From Alphaproteobacteria bacterium (GTDB lineage: Bacteria; Pseudomonadota; Alphaproteobacteria; MPNO01; UBA830): a stretch of 64,000 nucleotides of DNA. Below are positions 9,471-19,240 of the stretch, one piece after another (the stretch's first letter is position 1; every line of letters begins with the position of its first letter). A model generated the notes under the pieces. That model was not told the DNA's origin. It searched no databases and saw nothing but the letters and a program-made list of their open reading frames with translations. A program made the position numbers and the translations under genes. The DNA is taken from the NCBI GenBank assembly GCA_964291215.2, contig OZ219791.1, positions 2,112,001 through 2,176,000 on the forward strand, written 5' to 3'.

Positions 9471-10256
9471 TCAGAGCTCGGCGATTGTCGTTCGCGGAAA
9501 GTCCGGCTTGATCGAATCGGTCGAAAGAAGCGACCGGCGTCGACGCCGGAGAGCGGCGTCTGAAATGTGTCCCATGATGAACGTGTCGAGATCCGCTCCC
9601 GGATCAAGACGGTCGCGCGCGAAGGCAAGCATTTCGGTTTGCGTCATGTGCCCGAAGTTCCGGCCTTCGGCCTTGATTTCGGAAAGTGCCACCGGATTGC
9701 CGCTGACATTCACGCAGCCGACGGCCGCCGTGTAGACGTGGATGCAGGACAGTTCCTCGCCGGTCTCGCATATTTCGACATGGGCATCGTTGAGCCGGTC
9801 GAAGCTGTAGGTCGGCTCGGTCTCGTGCATGCGCGCAAGCTGGACCTCGTCCAGCCACAGGACGTAGGTCGAAACGATGGTTCCCGGAGATGGGCAGAAA
9901 GTCGCGGGAATCGAACCGTAGGACGCCAGCTGCGCGGCATAGACGGTGTCGAAGCCGTGGAATCTGGCGTGCTGCACCGGTATTTCGGCGTCCTTGCCGG
10001 AAGCGGCATACTTCCGGGCGATCTGCTCGTGGGACTGGTTCGATCCGGCGCCGAGAACGGGTACACGCCCGGTCCGATCGAAATCATGGTCTTCCAGGGG
10101 ATGCGCGCCCCCCGCGCGAAAGAGGTACGAACGTCCCGGCAGTGGAAACGGATAGGATTTGGCGTACGTCGTTGTCTTGCCGAACGCCGGACTTGATGGC
10201 GGGGTAGGCAGGGATTCATCAGTCACGGAAGGCTGCGCACTGATACCGTCATTCAT
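9471..10256 (-). CDS. Conserved hypothetical protein (possibly GGCT-like fold)
   Basis: 261 aa globular ORF with host-like codon usage; PVLGAGSN and YGSIPAT motifs. Confidence 0.75.
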   Translation of the reverse strand: MNDGISAQPSVTDESLPTPPSSPAFGKTTTYAKSYPFPLPGRSYLFRAGGAHPLEDHDFDRTGRVPVLGAGSNQSHEQIARKYAASGKDAEIPVQHARFHGFDTVYAAQLASYGSIPATFCPSPGTIVSTYVLWLDEVQLARMHETEPTYSFDRLNDAHVEICETGEELSCIHVYTAAVGCVNVSGNPVALSEIKAEGRNFGHMTQTEMLAFARDRLDPGADLDTFIMGHISDAALRRRRRSLLSTDSIKPDFPRTTIAEL

Positions 10257-10621
10257 CGCAGGACTCGTCCCTTGTCTCGCTTGTGCCGACGGCTTGCAAC
10301 CCCGGTGCCCGCGCCAAGGTCAGGGCATTGCGCCCCCTCCTGTCGCTGCGGTTATCATACGGGTTGTCCGAACCCGGCGCCAGATGCGTTCGCACTGGCG
10401 ATTCGCCACCTTGGCCGGCGCACTTGGGAAAGGTTTCGGTTCGCGCCGGGATTTCCGTATACTGCGACTTCTCCCATGTCGATGGCGATGTTGGCTGCCG
10501 CATTGCCTGTCGGAACATGACCGACGGCGTGTTCGCCCTTGCGGCTGGCGCAAGGGCGGATCGGTCGTTCGGTCGGGCATTAGTCCCCGTGATCGAGTTG
10601 TTGTTCTGAAAGCGGACGCCG

Positions 10622-11536
10622 ATGAGATTGAGGAATCCCCTGCAACTGATCGAGGAAATGGACCGCTTCCCACCGGAGGTGCGGGGGAGCCTGCTGGTGC
10701 TGTTTTCCGGTGCGTTCTTTGCCTCGATGCATGGTTCCGTCCGCCTGCTTTCGCGCGAACTGGATGCGCTGGAGATTGCCTTTTTCAGGGCGCTGTTCGG
10801 TTTTCTCTTCTTCGCCCCGGCGCTTCTGCGCTCGCGACTATTGATCCTGCGGACGCGTCGGCCGGCGCTTCATCTCGTGCGGGGCGTGTTCAATGGCGGC
10901 TCGCTGCTGTGCTGGTTTACGGCGCTGAGCCTGGTCCCGCTCGGCGATGCCACGGCGCTTTCGCTCGGTGGGCCCGTTGTCGTCACCCTTGGCGCCATGT
11001 TGTTCCTCGGGGAACGGGCCCACCGCGCCCGCTGGCTCGCAATCGTCCTCGGGGTGGCAGGCGGCCTGGTTATTGTCCGCCCCGGGTTCCAGACCATCGA
11101 CTACGGCATGATCCTGGTCCTGATTTCGATTTTCTTGGTCTCCGCGTCCAAGCTTATGGCCAAATCCCTCGCGCGCACCGACGAGCCGGCAACCATCGTC
11201 GCCTATCTGTCGCTCATGATGATGATTCCGTCCGGTGTGGCGGCCGTCTTCGTATGGCAGACGCCAACGCTCGAGCAGTTTGCGATCCTCGCCCTGATCG
11301 GGTTCCTCGGCAGTTCGGGGCACATGCTGCTGACGACTGCCTACAAGATCACCGATATCTCGGCTGTCGAACCTGTCGTGTTCGCCCGGCTCGGCTGGGC
11401 CGCCCTCGTCGGCTGGATCCTTTTCGGCGAGTTTCCGGGGGCGTGGATATGGGCAGGCGCCGTCCTGATCGGCGTCGCCTCGATATTGCTCGCACGCTCG
11501 GAAACGCGCCGGCAGCGGGCTGGCCGGCAATCCTGA
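10622..11536 (+). CDS. DMT/EamA family transporter
   Basis: About 10 hydrophobic segments; two EamA repeats (FFRALFG, LFLGER, ILFGEFP). Confidence 0.92.
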   Translation: MRLRNPLQLIEEMDRFPPEVRGSLLVLFSGAFFASMHGSVRLLSRELDALEIAFFRALFGFLFFAPALLRSRLLILRTRRPALHLVRGVFNGGSLLCWFTALSLVPLGDATALSLGGPVVVTLGAMLFLGERAHRARWLAIVLGVAGGLVIVRPGFQTIDYGMILVLISIFLVSASKLMAKSLARTDEPATIVAYLSLMMMIPSGVAAVFVWQTPTLEQFAILALIGFLGSSGHMLLTTAYKITDISAVEPVVFARLGWAALVGWILFGEFPGAWIWAGAVLIGVASILLARSETRRQRAGRQS

Positions 11537-11552
11537 CGGCGGCGATCCGCGA

Positions 11553-12842
11553 TCAGTCGGACTGGCTGCCCTGGCGGACGGCGCGCAATCCGATGTCACG
11601 CCTGCAGAATCCGTCGGGCCAGTCGATCCGGTCGATTGCGCCATAGGCGCGCTGCTGCGCCTCCGCCACCGTCGCCGCCACGGCGGTAACGCCGAGGACG
11701 CGTCCGCCGGACGATACGATCTCGCCTGTTTCGCTCCGAACTGTTGCCGCATGAAATATGGTCACTCCCTCGGTTTTCGCGGCCTCGTCGAGACCGCCGA
11801 TCACGGACCCGGCGACGACCGGACCCGGATAGCCTCGCGTGGCCATGACCACGGTCAGCGCCGCCTCGTCGTGCCAGCGGAGATCGAAGTTTCCCAGCTC
11901 GCCGTCACAGGCCGCGACCAGGGCCGGCACGATGTCGGACACCAGCCGGGGCATCAGGACCTGGCATTCGGGGTCGCCGAAACGGACGTTGAACTCGAGA
12001 AGCTTCGGACCGTCGGCGGCGAGGATCAGCCCGGCATAAAGAACGCCCCTGTAGGGCCGGCCTTCTGCCTTCATGGCCCTGACCGTCGGATGGATGATCG
12101 TGTCCATGACCGTGGCCGCAACCTCGTCGGTGCAGGCGGGCGCTGGCGAATAGGCGCCCATGCCGCCGGTATTGGGACCGGTGTCGCCGTTGCCGACGCG
12201 CTTGTGGTCCTGTGCCGACGCCAGCGGCAGGGCATGTTCGCCGTCGACCAGCGCAAAGAAGCTCAGCTCTTCGCCTTCGAGGAATTCCTCGATGACGATC
12301 TCCCGGCCGGCGGCCCCGAAGGTTCTTTTCGTGAGCATGTCTTCCACGGCCCGCGCCGCCTCGCCGGCGGTGTCGCAGATGATCACGCCCTTGCCTGCGG
12401 CGAGGCCGTCGGCCTTGACGACGATCGGCGCGCCGGTGGCCGCGATATAGGCCTTCGCCGCTTCCGGTTCGGAGAATCGTCCATAGGCTGCGGTGGGAAT
12501 TCCGTGGCGGGCGCACAGATCCTTCATGAAACCCTTCGATGCCTCAAGTATCGCTGCGTCCGCGCCGGGCCCGAAGGCGCGTATGCCGAGCGTTGCAAGC
12601 CGGTCGGCCAACCCGGCCGCCAGCGGTGCCTCCGGTCCGATGACCACGAGGTCCATCGCCTGCTCCCGCGCAAAACCGGCGAGTCCATCGACATCGGCGG
12701 TCTCGATGCCGACGCATTCCGCGTTTGCGGCTATGCCGGCATTGCCGGGCGCGCACCAGAGCTTGTCGACCAGCGGCGAGGCCGCGATCGCCCAGCACAG
12801 GGCATGTTCCCTTCCGCCGCTTCCGACGACCAGTATCTTCAT
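11553..12842 (-). CDS. purD: Phosphoribosylamine-glycine ligase
   Basis: [53 protein letters not shown]. Confidence 0.98.
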   Translation of the reverse strand: MKILVVGSGGREHALCWAIAASPLVDKLWCAPGNAGIAANAECVGIETADVDGLAGFAREQAMDLVVIGPEAPLAAGLADRLATLGIRAFGPGADAAILEASKGFMKDLCARHGIPTAAYGRFSEPEAAKAYIAATGAPIVVKADGLAAGKGVIICDTAGEAARAVEDMLTKRTFGAAGREIVIEEFLEGEELSFFALVDGEHALPLASAQDHKRVGNGDTGPNTGGMGAYSPAPACTDEVAATVMDTIIHPTVRAMKAEGRPYRGVLYAGLILAADGPKLLEFNVRFGDPECQVLMPRLVSDIVPALVAACDGELGNFDLRWHDEAALTVVMATRGYPGPVVAGSVIGGLDEAAKTEGVTIFHAATVRSETGEIVSSGGRVLGVTAVAATVAEAQQRAYGAIDRIDWPDGFCRRDIGLRAVRQGSQSD

Positions 12843-12922
12843 GGGCAGGCCTCTTGCGGCCCGCTCGGAGCGACCGCGATCTGTGGCACGGATGCAATCG
12901 AGCATATAAGATGCGAATCATC

Positions 12923-14452
12923 ATGACCGATCAATACCCCGAATCCTCCGGCGGTCCCGAGGTTGCAAGCAATGTCGCGGAATTCACCGTCGGCGAGATC
13001 TCGAACGCCATCAAGCGGGCACTGGAAACCCGATTTGACCGCATTCGTGTGCGCGGAGAGGTTGGGCGCACCAACTATCACGGGTCTGGGCACCTCTATT
13101 TCACGCTCAAGGATGCGGACGCCGCGATGGACGCCGTTGCTTGGCGGGCTACGGCGGGCCGCCTGTCGTTGCGCCTCGAGGAGGGCATGGAGGTCATCTG
13201 CACCGGCCGCATCTCGTCCTATGCCAAGACCTCCCGCTACCAGATCGTCGTTGAGGCGGTGGAGCTGGCTGGTGAAGGTGCGCTGCTGAAGCTGTTCGAG
13301 GACCGCCGCCGCAGGCTTGCCGCCGAAGGCCTGTTCGATCCCGAAGGCAAGCAGGAACTGCCTTATCTGCCGACGACGATCGGTGTCGTGACGTCTCCGA
13401 CGGGCGCCGTGATCCACGATATCCTGCACCGCCTTGAGGATCGTTTCCCTACTCGCGTCCTGCTGTGGCCGGTGCCGGTCCAGGGCGACGGCGCCGCTGC
13501 GAGAATTGCAGCGGCGATCGAAGGATTTAACGCATTCCCCGAAGACGGCGAGGTGCCGCGTCCCGACCTGCTGATCGTCGCCCGCGGCGGCGGCAGTCTG
13601 GAGGATCTTTGGCAGTTCAACGAGGAGGAGGTGGTGTACGCCGCCGCGACCTCCTTGATACCGCTGATTTCGGCCATCGGGCACGAGACCGACACGACGC
13701 TGATTGACTTTGCCGCTGACCGTCGCGCGCCGACGCCGACCGCTGCCGCCGAAATCGCCGTTCCCGTCCGCGTCGAGCTTCATGCCGCGATCACTGAGAT
13801 TGGACGCCGGCTTGGCGCCGCGGCCTCGCGCCTGCTCGAGGAACGGCGCATCCGCGTCGAGGGCCTGGGGCGCGGCCTTCCGCGTCCCGAGCGCCTCTTC
13901 GAGGGTGCGATGCAGTCTCTCGACCACGAGACAGAACGCCTGTTCTCGGCCATGACGCGGCGGATGGACCACGCCGCTTCGCGCTTGGGCACCGCTTCGG
14001 CGGTGCTGCGGCATCCGCGCCACCTGCTGGAGCGAAGCGGACGGGAAATCGCCGAATTCGACCGCCGGCTCGACGCTGCCGTGGCGGCCCTTGTCCGCGA
14101 GCGTGGTGCACGGTTTCGCGGGCTCGCGCCGGCGGCACGCCTTGAGAGAGGCGTCCGAAATCTCCTGTCCGGAGCCGCGAACCGCCTCGAGGCCATGGAC
14201 AAGCTGCTCGAATCACTTTCCCACGAGCGCGTGCTGGAGCGGGGCTTTGCGCTGGTGCGCGATGCGGCGGAGAATCCGGTGACCGCCGCCGCGGCCACTC
14301 ACGCCGGCCAGGAAGTGGTGCTTCAGTTCAGCGACGGCGCTGTCACCGCGACGATAGCCGGCCCGTCCGGAACGAAAAAGCGCGGGACGGGTCGCCGCGG
14401 GCGCGCCAAGAAGGCGCCCAGCGCGGTGTCGCTGCAGCGTTCCCTGTTCTGA
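12923..14452 (+). CDS. xseA: Exodeoxyribonuclease VII large subunit
   Basis: SGHLYFTLKD, IGVVTSPTGAVIHD, ARGGGSLEDLW, ISAIGHETD, RAPTPTAAAE. Confidence 0.98.
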   Translation: MTDQYPESSGGPEVASNVAEFTVGEISNAIKRALETRFDRIRVRGEVGRTNYHGSGHLYFTLKDADAAMDAVAWRATAGRLSLRLEEGMEVICTGRISSYAKTSRYQIVVEAVELAGEGALLKLFEDRRRRLAAEGLFDPEGKQELPYLPTTIGVVTSPTGAVIHDILHRLEDRFPTRVLLWPVPVQGDGAAARIAAAIEGFNAFPEDGEVPRPDLLIVARGGGSLEDLWQFNEEEVVYAAATSLIPLISAIGHETDTTLIDFAADRRAPTPTAAAEIAVPVRVELHAAITEIGRRLGAAASRLLEERRIRVEGLGRGLPRPERLFEGAMQSLDHETERLFSAMTRRMDHAASRLGTASAVLRHPRHLLERSGREIAEFDRRLDAAVAALVRERGARFRGLAPAARLERGVRNLLSGAANRLEAMDKLLESLSHERVLERGFALVRDAAENPVTAAAATHAGQEVVLQFSDGAVTATIAGPSGTKKRGTGRRGRAKKAPSAVSLQRSLF

Positions 14453-14457
14453 TTTCT

Positions 14458-15288
14458 GTGCGGCCCGTCGGCATGCTGCGCCGGTGGCTGACGCTCGGCA
14501 TCGCCACGGTCGCGCTCGCAGCCACGCAAGCGGACGCCGTGACGCTGCGCGGCGCGCTTGTCCAGGGCGGCATGATCGTCGGCGAGACGGAACCCGACAA
14601 CAGGGTCGAACTTGACGGCCGAACACTCGCTGTCGATCGGGATGGCCGCTTCGTTTTCGGATTCGGCCATGACGCCGGCGCGTCGGCCGTCCTCGACATC
14701 ACGCTCGCCAACGGCGGACGCGAGAGCCGCAGGCTGTCGATAGGGCAGCGCCGGTACCGCATCCAGCGCATCGACGGCCTTCCGCAACGCATGGTTACGC
14801 CGTCGGCGCGACAGCTCGCGCGTATCCGTGCCGAGGGCAGAAAAATCGCATCGGCGCGGGCGACGCAGTCGGCGCTGCCGCACTTTGCCGGGAAGTTCAT
14901 CTGGCCGGTGAAAGGCGTGGTCTCAGGCGTCTATGGCAGCCGGCGGATTCTGAACGGCAAGCCGCGCCGCCCGCATCTCGGCGTCGATATTGCCGTTCGG
15001 GCGGGCACACCGGTCAGGGCCGCCGCCGCCGGCGCGGTAACGCTTGCAGAACACGACCTCTATTTTACCGGCGGGACGGTGATCATCGATCACGGGCTCG
15101 GGATATCAACCGTGTATTCGCACTTGCGTGCGCTGCATGTGGAGGCCGGGAACAGCGTGGCGCAAGGCGACGTGATTGCCACCGTCGGATCGACCGGCCG
15201 CTCGACCGGGCCGCATCTCGACTGGCGGATCAACTGGTTTCAGGAACGCCTCGATCCGGTCCTGATCGTCGGCCCGATGCCGCAATGA
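14458..15288 (+). CDS. M23 family metallopeptidase
   Basis: Signal peptide; HLGVD, STVYSHL, STGPHLDW. Confidence 0.93.
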   Translation: MRPVGMLRRWLTLGIATVALAATQADAVTLRGALVQGGMIVGETEPDNRVELDGRTLAVDRDGRFVFGFGHDAGASAVLDITLANGGRESRRLSIGQRRYRIQRIDGLPQRMVTPSARQLARIRAEGRKIASARATQSALPHFAGKFIWPVKGVVSGVYGSRRILNGKPRRPHLGVDIAVRAGTPVRAAAAGAVTLAEHDLYFTGGTVIIDHGLGISTVYSHLRALHVEAGNSVAQGDVIATVGSTGRSTGPHLDWRINWFQERLDPVLIVGPMPQ

Positions 15289-15299
15289 CCGCCGCCGCA

Positions 15300-16229
15300 T
15301 CAGACGCGCTCGCCGGCCTTGGTTTCCTTGCGTTCCGGATTCTTGCCCCACCGCCAGTGGAACCAGAACCACTGTTCCGGCCGTGCGCGGATCCATTCGC
15401 TCATGCGGTCGTTCACCCAGGTCATGGTGGTGTGGATGTCGGCAATCCTGTCGCCAGTGTCGACCGGAGGCCGGGGCTGCTCGACCGTCACCCTGAAACA
15501 CGCCGCCCCGGTGCGTTCCGTCCGCACCGGCACCAGCAGCGCGCCATGCCTGAGCGCGAGGCTGGCGGGCGCTGACGGTGTCATTGCCGTCCGGCCGAGG
15601 AACGGGACCGCTACGCCGGAGCCGAGGCGCACGTCAACCAGCAGCAGGACGTGGCCGCCGCCAGCGACAAGCGCCGTGAGCTGGCGCGCGCCTTCGTGCC
15701 CCTTGAAGATGACCTCGGTGCCGTTCCGGTTCTGCACGCGTTTCACCTCGGCACCGACAAGCGGGTTGTTGATCGTGCGGTTTACCACGGTGACGTTCAG
15801 GCCGTGCCTCCGAGCCGCGAGCGGGATCATCTCCCAGTTGCCGGTGTGGGCGGTTAACAGAATTCCGGGCTTCCCGCTCCGGTGCAGTGTCTCGAGATGC
15901 TCGCCGCCCACGAGTTCCACGCGCCCCTCCTGGTCCGCGCAGATCCTGTCGAGGTTCCAGTAGTCGCAGAGGACCCGGCACGAAAACTCGCAGACGCCGG
16001 CGACCAGCCTTTCGCGTTCGCTCTCGGGCATGTCAGGCCATATGAATCGCAGATTGGACCGTACGCGGTCGCTCCAGCCGAGCCGCGGCCCGACAATTCG
16101 GGCGAGAGCGGCGATGGCGTTGGACGCGGTGTCGAGGGGAAGAAGACGCGAGAGGTCTCCTGCCGTGCAGCCGATGAAATACTCGATGTAGTGGAGAAGC
16201 GTCGGGCGCCTCCGCTCGCTGCGCGCCAC
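15300..16229 (-). CDS. lpxL: Lipid A lauroyl/myristoyl acyltransferase (LpxL/HtrB family)
   Basis: AHTGNWE, VPFLG, RPEQWFWFHWRW; located in a lipid A cluster. Confidence 0.88.
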   Translation of the reverse strand: MARSERRRPTLLHYIEYFIGCTAGDLSRLLPLDTASNAIAALARIVGPRLGWSDRVRSNLRFIWPDMPESERERLVAGVCEFSCRVLCDYWNLDRICADQEGRVELVGGEHLETLHRSGKPGILLTAHTGNWEMIPLAARRHGLNVTVVNRTINNPLVGAEVKRVQNRNGTEVIFKGHEGARQLTALVAGGGHVLLLVDVRLGSGVAVPFLGRTAMTPSAPASLALRHGALLVPVRTERTGAACFRVTVEQPRPPVDTGDRIADIHTTMTWVNDRMSEWIRARPEQWFWFHWRWGKNPERKETKAGERV

Positions 16230-16232
16230 CGG

Positions 16233-17204
16233 TCAGGCCCCCGCACCGAGCATCGTGTCGACCGCATGATCAAAGATGTCGGGATCACGCCATTCGAGTT
16301 CGACACGGAGGCATTCGACCATGGGCTGCGCTTCTGGCGGAAGGCGCACCAGGTCCTTTTCTGTGGTCACTGCGGTGGCCTCGGCGGCGGCGGCCGATTC
16401 GACTAGCCGCATCACCTCGTCGGCCGCATAGGGATGGTGATCGGGAAACCGGTGGGTGGCCACGAGCTTGCAACCCATGCCTGACAGCGTCTCGAAGAAT
16501 TTTTCCGGCATGCCGATTCCCGCAAAGGCGACGACCGGCATGCCCGCCAGCCTATCCGATCCGGGGGTCGGCCGGAACCGGGCCGCCAGCACGGGCATGT
16601 CGAGTTTCTGCTCGATCCCGAAGCGGTCCTCGCCGACGAGTACGACCGCGTCGGTGCGCGCAAGCGCGGCGCGAGGCGGTTCGCGCAATGGGCCGGCGGG
16701 GATCAGCCGCCCGTTGCCCATGCCATGTCGTCCATCGATGACGAGCAGCGAAAAGTCCTTGCGCAGAGAAAAGTTCTGGAAACCGTCATCCATCACCAGG
16801 ATGCCTGCGCCGGCGGTGACGGCGGCCCGTGCGCCCGCCAGTCGATGGCGGGCGATCCAAACCGGCGCGATTCCATCGAGTAGCAGCGGTTCGTCTCCGA
16901 CATCGCGGTAGCCATGGCGCGAACGGTCGACCCGCACCGGACCCCGAGCAGAGCCGCCATAGCCGCGCGAGAGAAAATGCGGCGCTGCGCCGCGCCGGGC
17001 CAGCGCCGCGCCGACCGCGCTTGCGACCGGCGTCTTGCCGGCACCGCCGGCGACGATGTTGCCGACACACACCACGGGCACCCCCGAGTCTTGCGGGGTC
17101 GTCCGCGCCCTGCGGATTGCTGCGCCAGCATGCCACAGCGCGCCGACAGGGGAAAGGAGTCGCGGGACGTACCCGTCCCGTTGCCAGAATTCAGGCGCCT
17201 GCAT
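16233..17204 (-). CDS. lpxK: Tetraacyldisaccharide 4'-kinase
   Basis: VGNIVAGGAGKTP, SRGYG, GDEPLL, MDDGFQN, PAGPLRE, TTEKD. Confidence 0.97.
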   Translation of the reverse strand: MQAPEFWQRDGYVPRLLSPVGALWHAGAAIRRARTTPQDSGVPVVCVGNIVAGGAGKTPVASAVGAALARRGAAPHFLSRGYGGSARGPVRVDRSRHGYRDVGDEPLLLDGIAPVWIARHRLAGARAAVTAGAGILVMDDGFQNFSLRKDFSLLVIDGRHGMGNGRLIPAGPLREPPRAALARTDAVVLVGEDRFGIEQKLDMPVLAARFRPTPGSDRLAGMPVVAFAGIGMPEKFFETLSGMGCKLVATHRFPDHHPYAADEVMRLVESAAAAEATAVTTEKDLVRLPPEAQPMVECLRVELEWRDPDIFDHAVDTMLGAGA

Positions 17205-18498
17205 CGCCCGCGGCGGGAGCCGCCGATTCCGCCGGGATGCTGTCGAGCACGCCGTCCAGATGCGAAAACACGGTGTCGAGAATGTGCCGCCGGTCCATGG
17301 CAAGGCGCCGCGCCGCATCGATGCGATGCGCGCGGAGGGCGGCATCCGTCAAGAGTGCGCCGACTTCGAGGGCGACATCTTCTGCCGTCCGCACCACCCT
17401 CGCCGCCCCGGCGGCGCATAACTCGTTCTCGATGGTGCCGAAATTCTCCATGTGCGGTCCATGCAGGATCGCACAGCCGAGCAGCGCGGCCTCGATCGGG
17501 TTGTGTCCGCCGTGCGGCGCGAGAGAGCCTCCGACCAGGGCGATGTCGCTGAGGCTGAAGAACAGCCCCAGCTCACCTATCGTGTCTGCGAGAAGAATAT
17601 CGGTGTCGTCGGTGACCGCTTCGCCGCGGCTCCGCAGCGTCGCTCGGAGGCCGCGCCCGCGCGCCAGCTCCGCAATCTCGGGCCCGCGTCCTGGATGGCG
17701 CGGCGCGATCATCGTGAGGAGACCTGGATGGCGGCCGGCGATCTGCGCATGGGCGTCGAGCAGGATCTCCTCTTCGCCGGGATGGGTGCTGAAGGCGAGC
17801 CAGGTCGGGCGTTTGCCGATCGCCGTGCCGAGCGTCGCGAGGGTGTCCGCGGGCGCCGGGAGCGGAGCGGCGGCAAGCTTGAGATTGCCCGGGCAGACCA
17901 CGTGCGGGGCGCCGAGGTCGCGGAGTCGTTCGGCGTCGGTTTCGGTCTGCGCCATGCATAGTTCGAACATCCGAAGAAGGGCGCGGATCATCCCGCGCCC
18001 AAGCTGCCACCGCCGCCACGAGCGCGTCGAAAGACGGGCGTTTATCAGGATGGCTGGTACCTTCCGGCGACCGATCTCCGACAGCATCGCCGGCCAGAAT
18101 TCCGATTCGACCCACAGCACGAGATCCGGTTTCCAGTGGTCGAGAAAGCGCCGGACCCAGGCGACCCGGTCGACCGGAGCATATTGGTGAATGACAGTGT
18201 CGGGCAACCGGTCGGCCAGAACCTGCGCCGACGTGACGGTTGCCGACGTCATCAGCAGCGACAGCGCCGACCGATCGCGCTGCAGGCGCTCGATGACCGC
18301 CAGTACGGAGGTCGCTTCGCCGACGCTGGCTGCATGGATCCAGATGAGCGGTCCGCGGGGCCGGGCTTTCGATGCCATGCCCATTCTCTCGCCGAAGCGG
18401 TCGCCGTCCTCGCGGCCCCTCCTGAGGCGCCGCCGAAGATAGCTGTCGATGACGGGAGCGGCGATCCATGTCGCGGCGCGATAAGCGGTAATGCTCAT
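17191..18498 (-). CDS. waaA: 3-deoxy-D-manno-octulosonic acid transferase
   Basis: WIHAASVGE, ESEFWP, APRHP.R, GGHNPIEA. Confidence 0.97.
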   Translation of the reverse strand: MSITAYRAATWIAAPVIDSYLRRRLRRGREDGDRFGERMGMASKARPRGPLIWIHAASVGEATSVLAVIERLQRDRSALSLLMTSATVTSAQVLADRLPDTVIHQYAPVDRVAWVRRFLDHWKPDLVLWVESEFWPAMLSEIGRRKVPAILINARLSTRSWRRWQLGRGMIRALLRMFELCMAQTETDAERLRDLGAPHVVCPGNLKLAAAPLPAPADTLATLGTAIGKRPTWLAFSTHPGEEEILLDAHAQIAGRHPGLLTMIAPRHPGRGPEIAELARGRGLRATLRSRGEAVTDDTDILLADTIGELGLFFSLSDIALVGGSLAPHGGHNPIEAALLGCAILHGPHMENFGTIENELCAAGAARVVRTAEDVALEVGALLTDAALRAHRIDAARRLAMDRRHILDTVFSHLDGVLDSIPAESAAPAAGDAGA

Positions 18499-19236
18499 TC
18501 AGGACACCCCGTGCCTGGACGGTTCCATGTCCGTGGCCGGTTCCGTCACCGGCAGTCCGAGCGCGGTATCGACATCCCGGCAGAGGCGGATCATCTCGTC
18601 CTCGAGGCGCCGCCGCAGGCGGTCGAGTTCCTCGCGCCCGGCGTCCGTCGGAACCTCGATTGGGTTTCCGATCCGCAACATGCCGCGTGAAAGCGGCAGC
18701 GGCAGTGGCAGCAGGAAACGGTCCCATGTCTTGAGTATCCGGCATGGCTTCAGGCCGCCGGCGACCGGCAGCAGCGGAATGCCCGAGAGCTTGGCCGCGA
18801 CCACGGCGCCTGGGGCGGCGCGCATGCGCGGTCCGCGCGGCCCGTCGGGAGTGAATATGACGCTCTCGCCGCGCCTGAGCAGGCGTACCGTGCCGATAAG
18901 CGCGCCAGCCCCGCCGCGGCCGGTCGATCCGGCAATCGAAGCTATGCCCAGATAGCGCAGCATGCGTGCGATCAGCATGCCGTCGCGGTGACGCGATGTC
19001 ACGGCGGTGATCGGGGCTGCGCGAAGCCCGAAGGCCAGCTTGAGCGCGACCAGCATGCGTCCGTGCCAGAAGCAGATGATCGCAGGCCGGCCGGTGGCCG
19101 CCAGTTCGGCAAGCTGATTCGGATCGTCGATCCGCCATCGGCTCCAGGCCCAGACGATGCGGACATAGCGCGCCGCGAAGCGGCCCGCGAGGTCGACGAC
19201 AACCGGGTGCCGCAGGAACTGTTTGGTCGCGGCCAT
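18499..19236 (-). CDS. DUF374 lysophospholipid acyltransferase family protein
   Basis: FWHGR, SRHRDG, FTPDGPRGP, TWDRFLLPLP. Confidence 0.92.
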   Translation of the reverse strand: MAATKQFLRHPVVVDLAGRFAARYVRIVWAWSRWRIDDPNQLAELAATGRPAIICFWHGRMLVALKLAFGLRAAPITAVTSRHRDGMLIARMLRYLGIASIAGSTGRGGAGALIGTVRLLRRGESVIFTPDGPRGPRMRAAPGAVVAAKLSGIPLLPVAGGLKPCRILKTWDRFLLPLPLPLSRGMLRIGNPIEVPTDAGREELDRLRRRLEDEMIRLCRDVDTALGLPVTEPATDMEPSRHGVS

Positions 19237-19240
19237 GGCG

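Noticed and set aside
10260-10620. Short ORFs between the hypothetical gene and the EamA gene
   Set aside because: No motif or RBS support; more likely a divergent promoter region.
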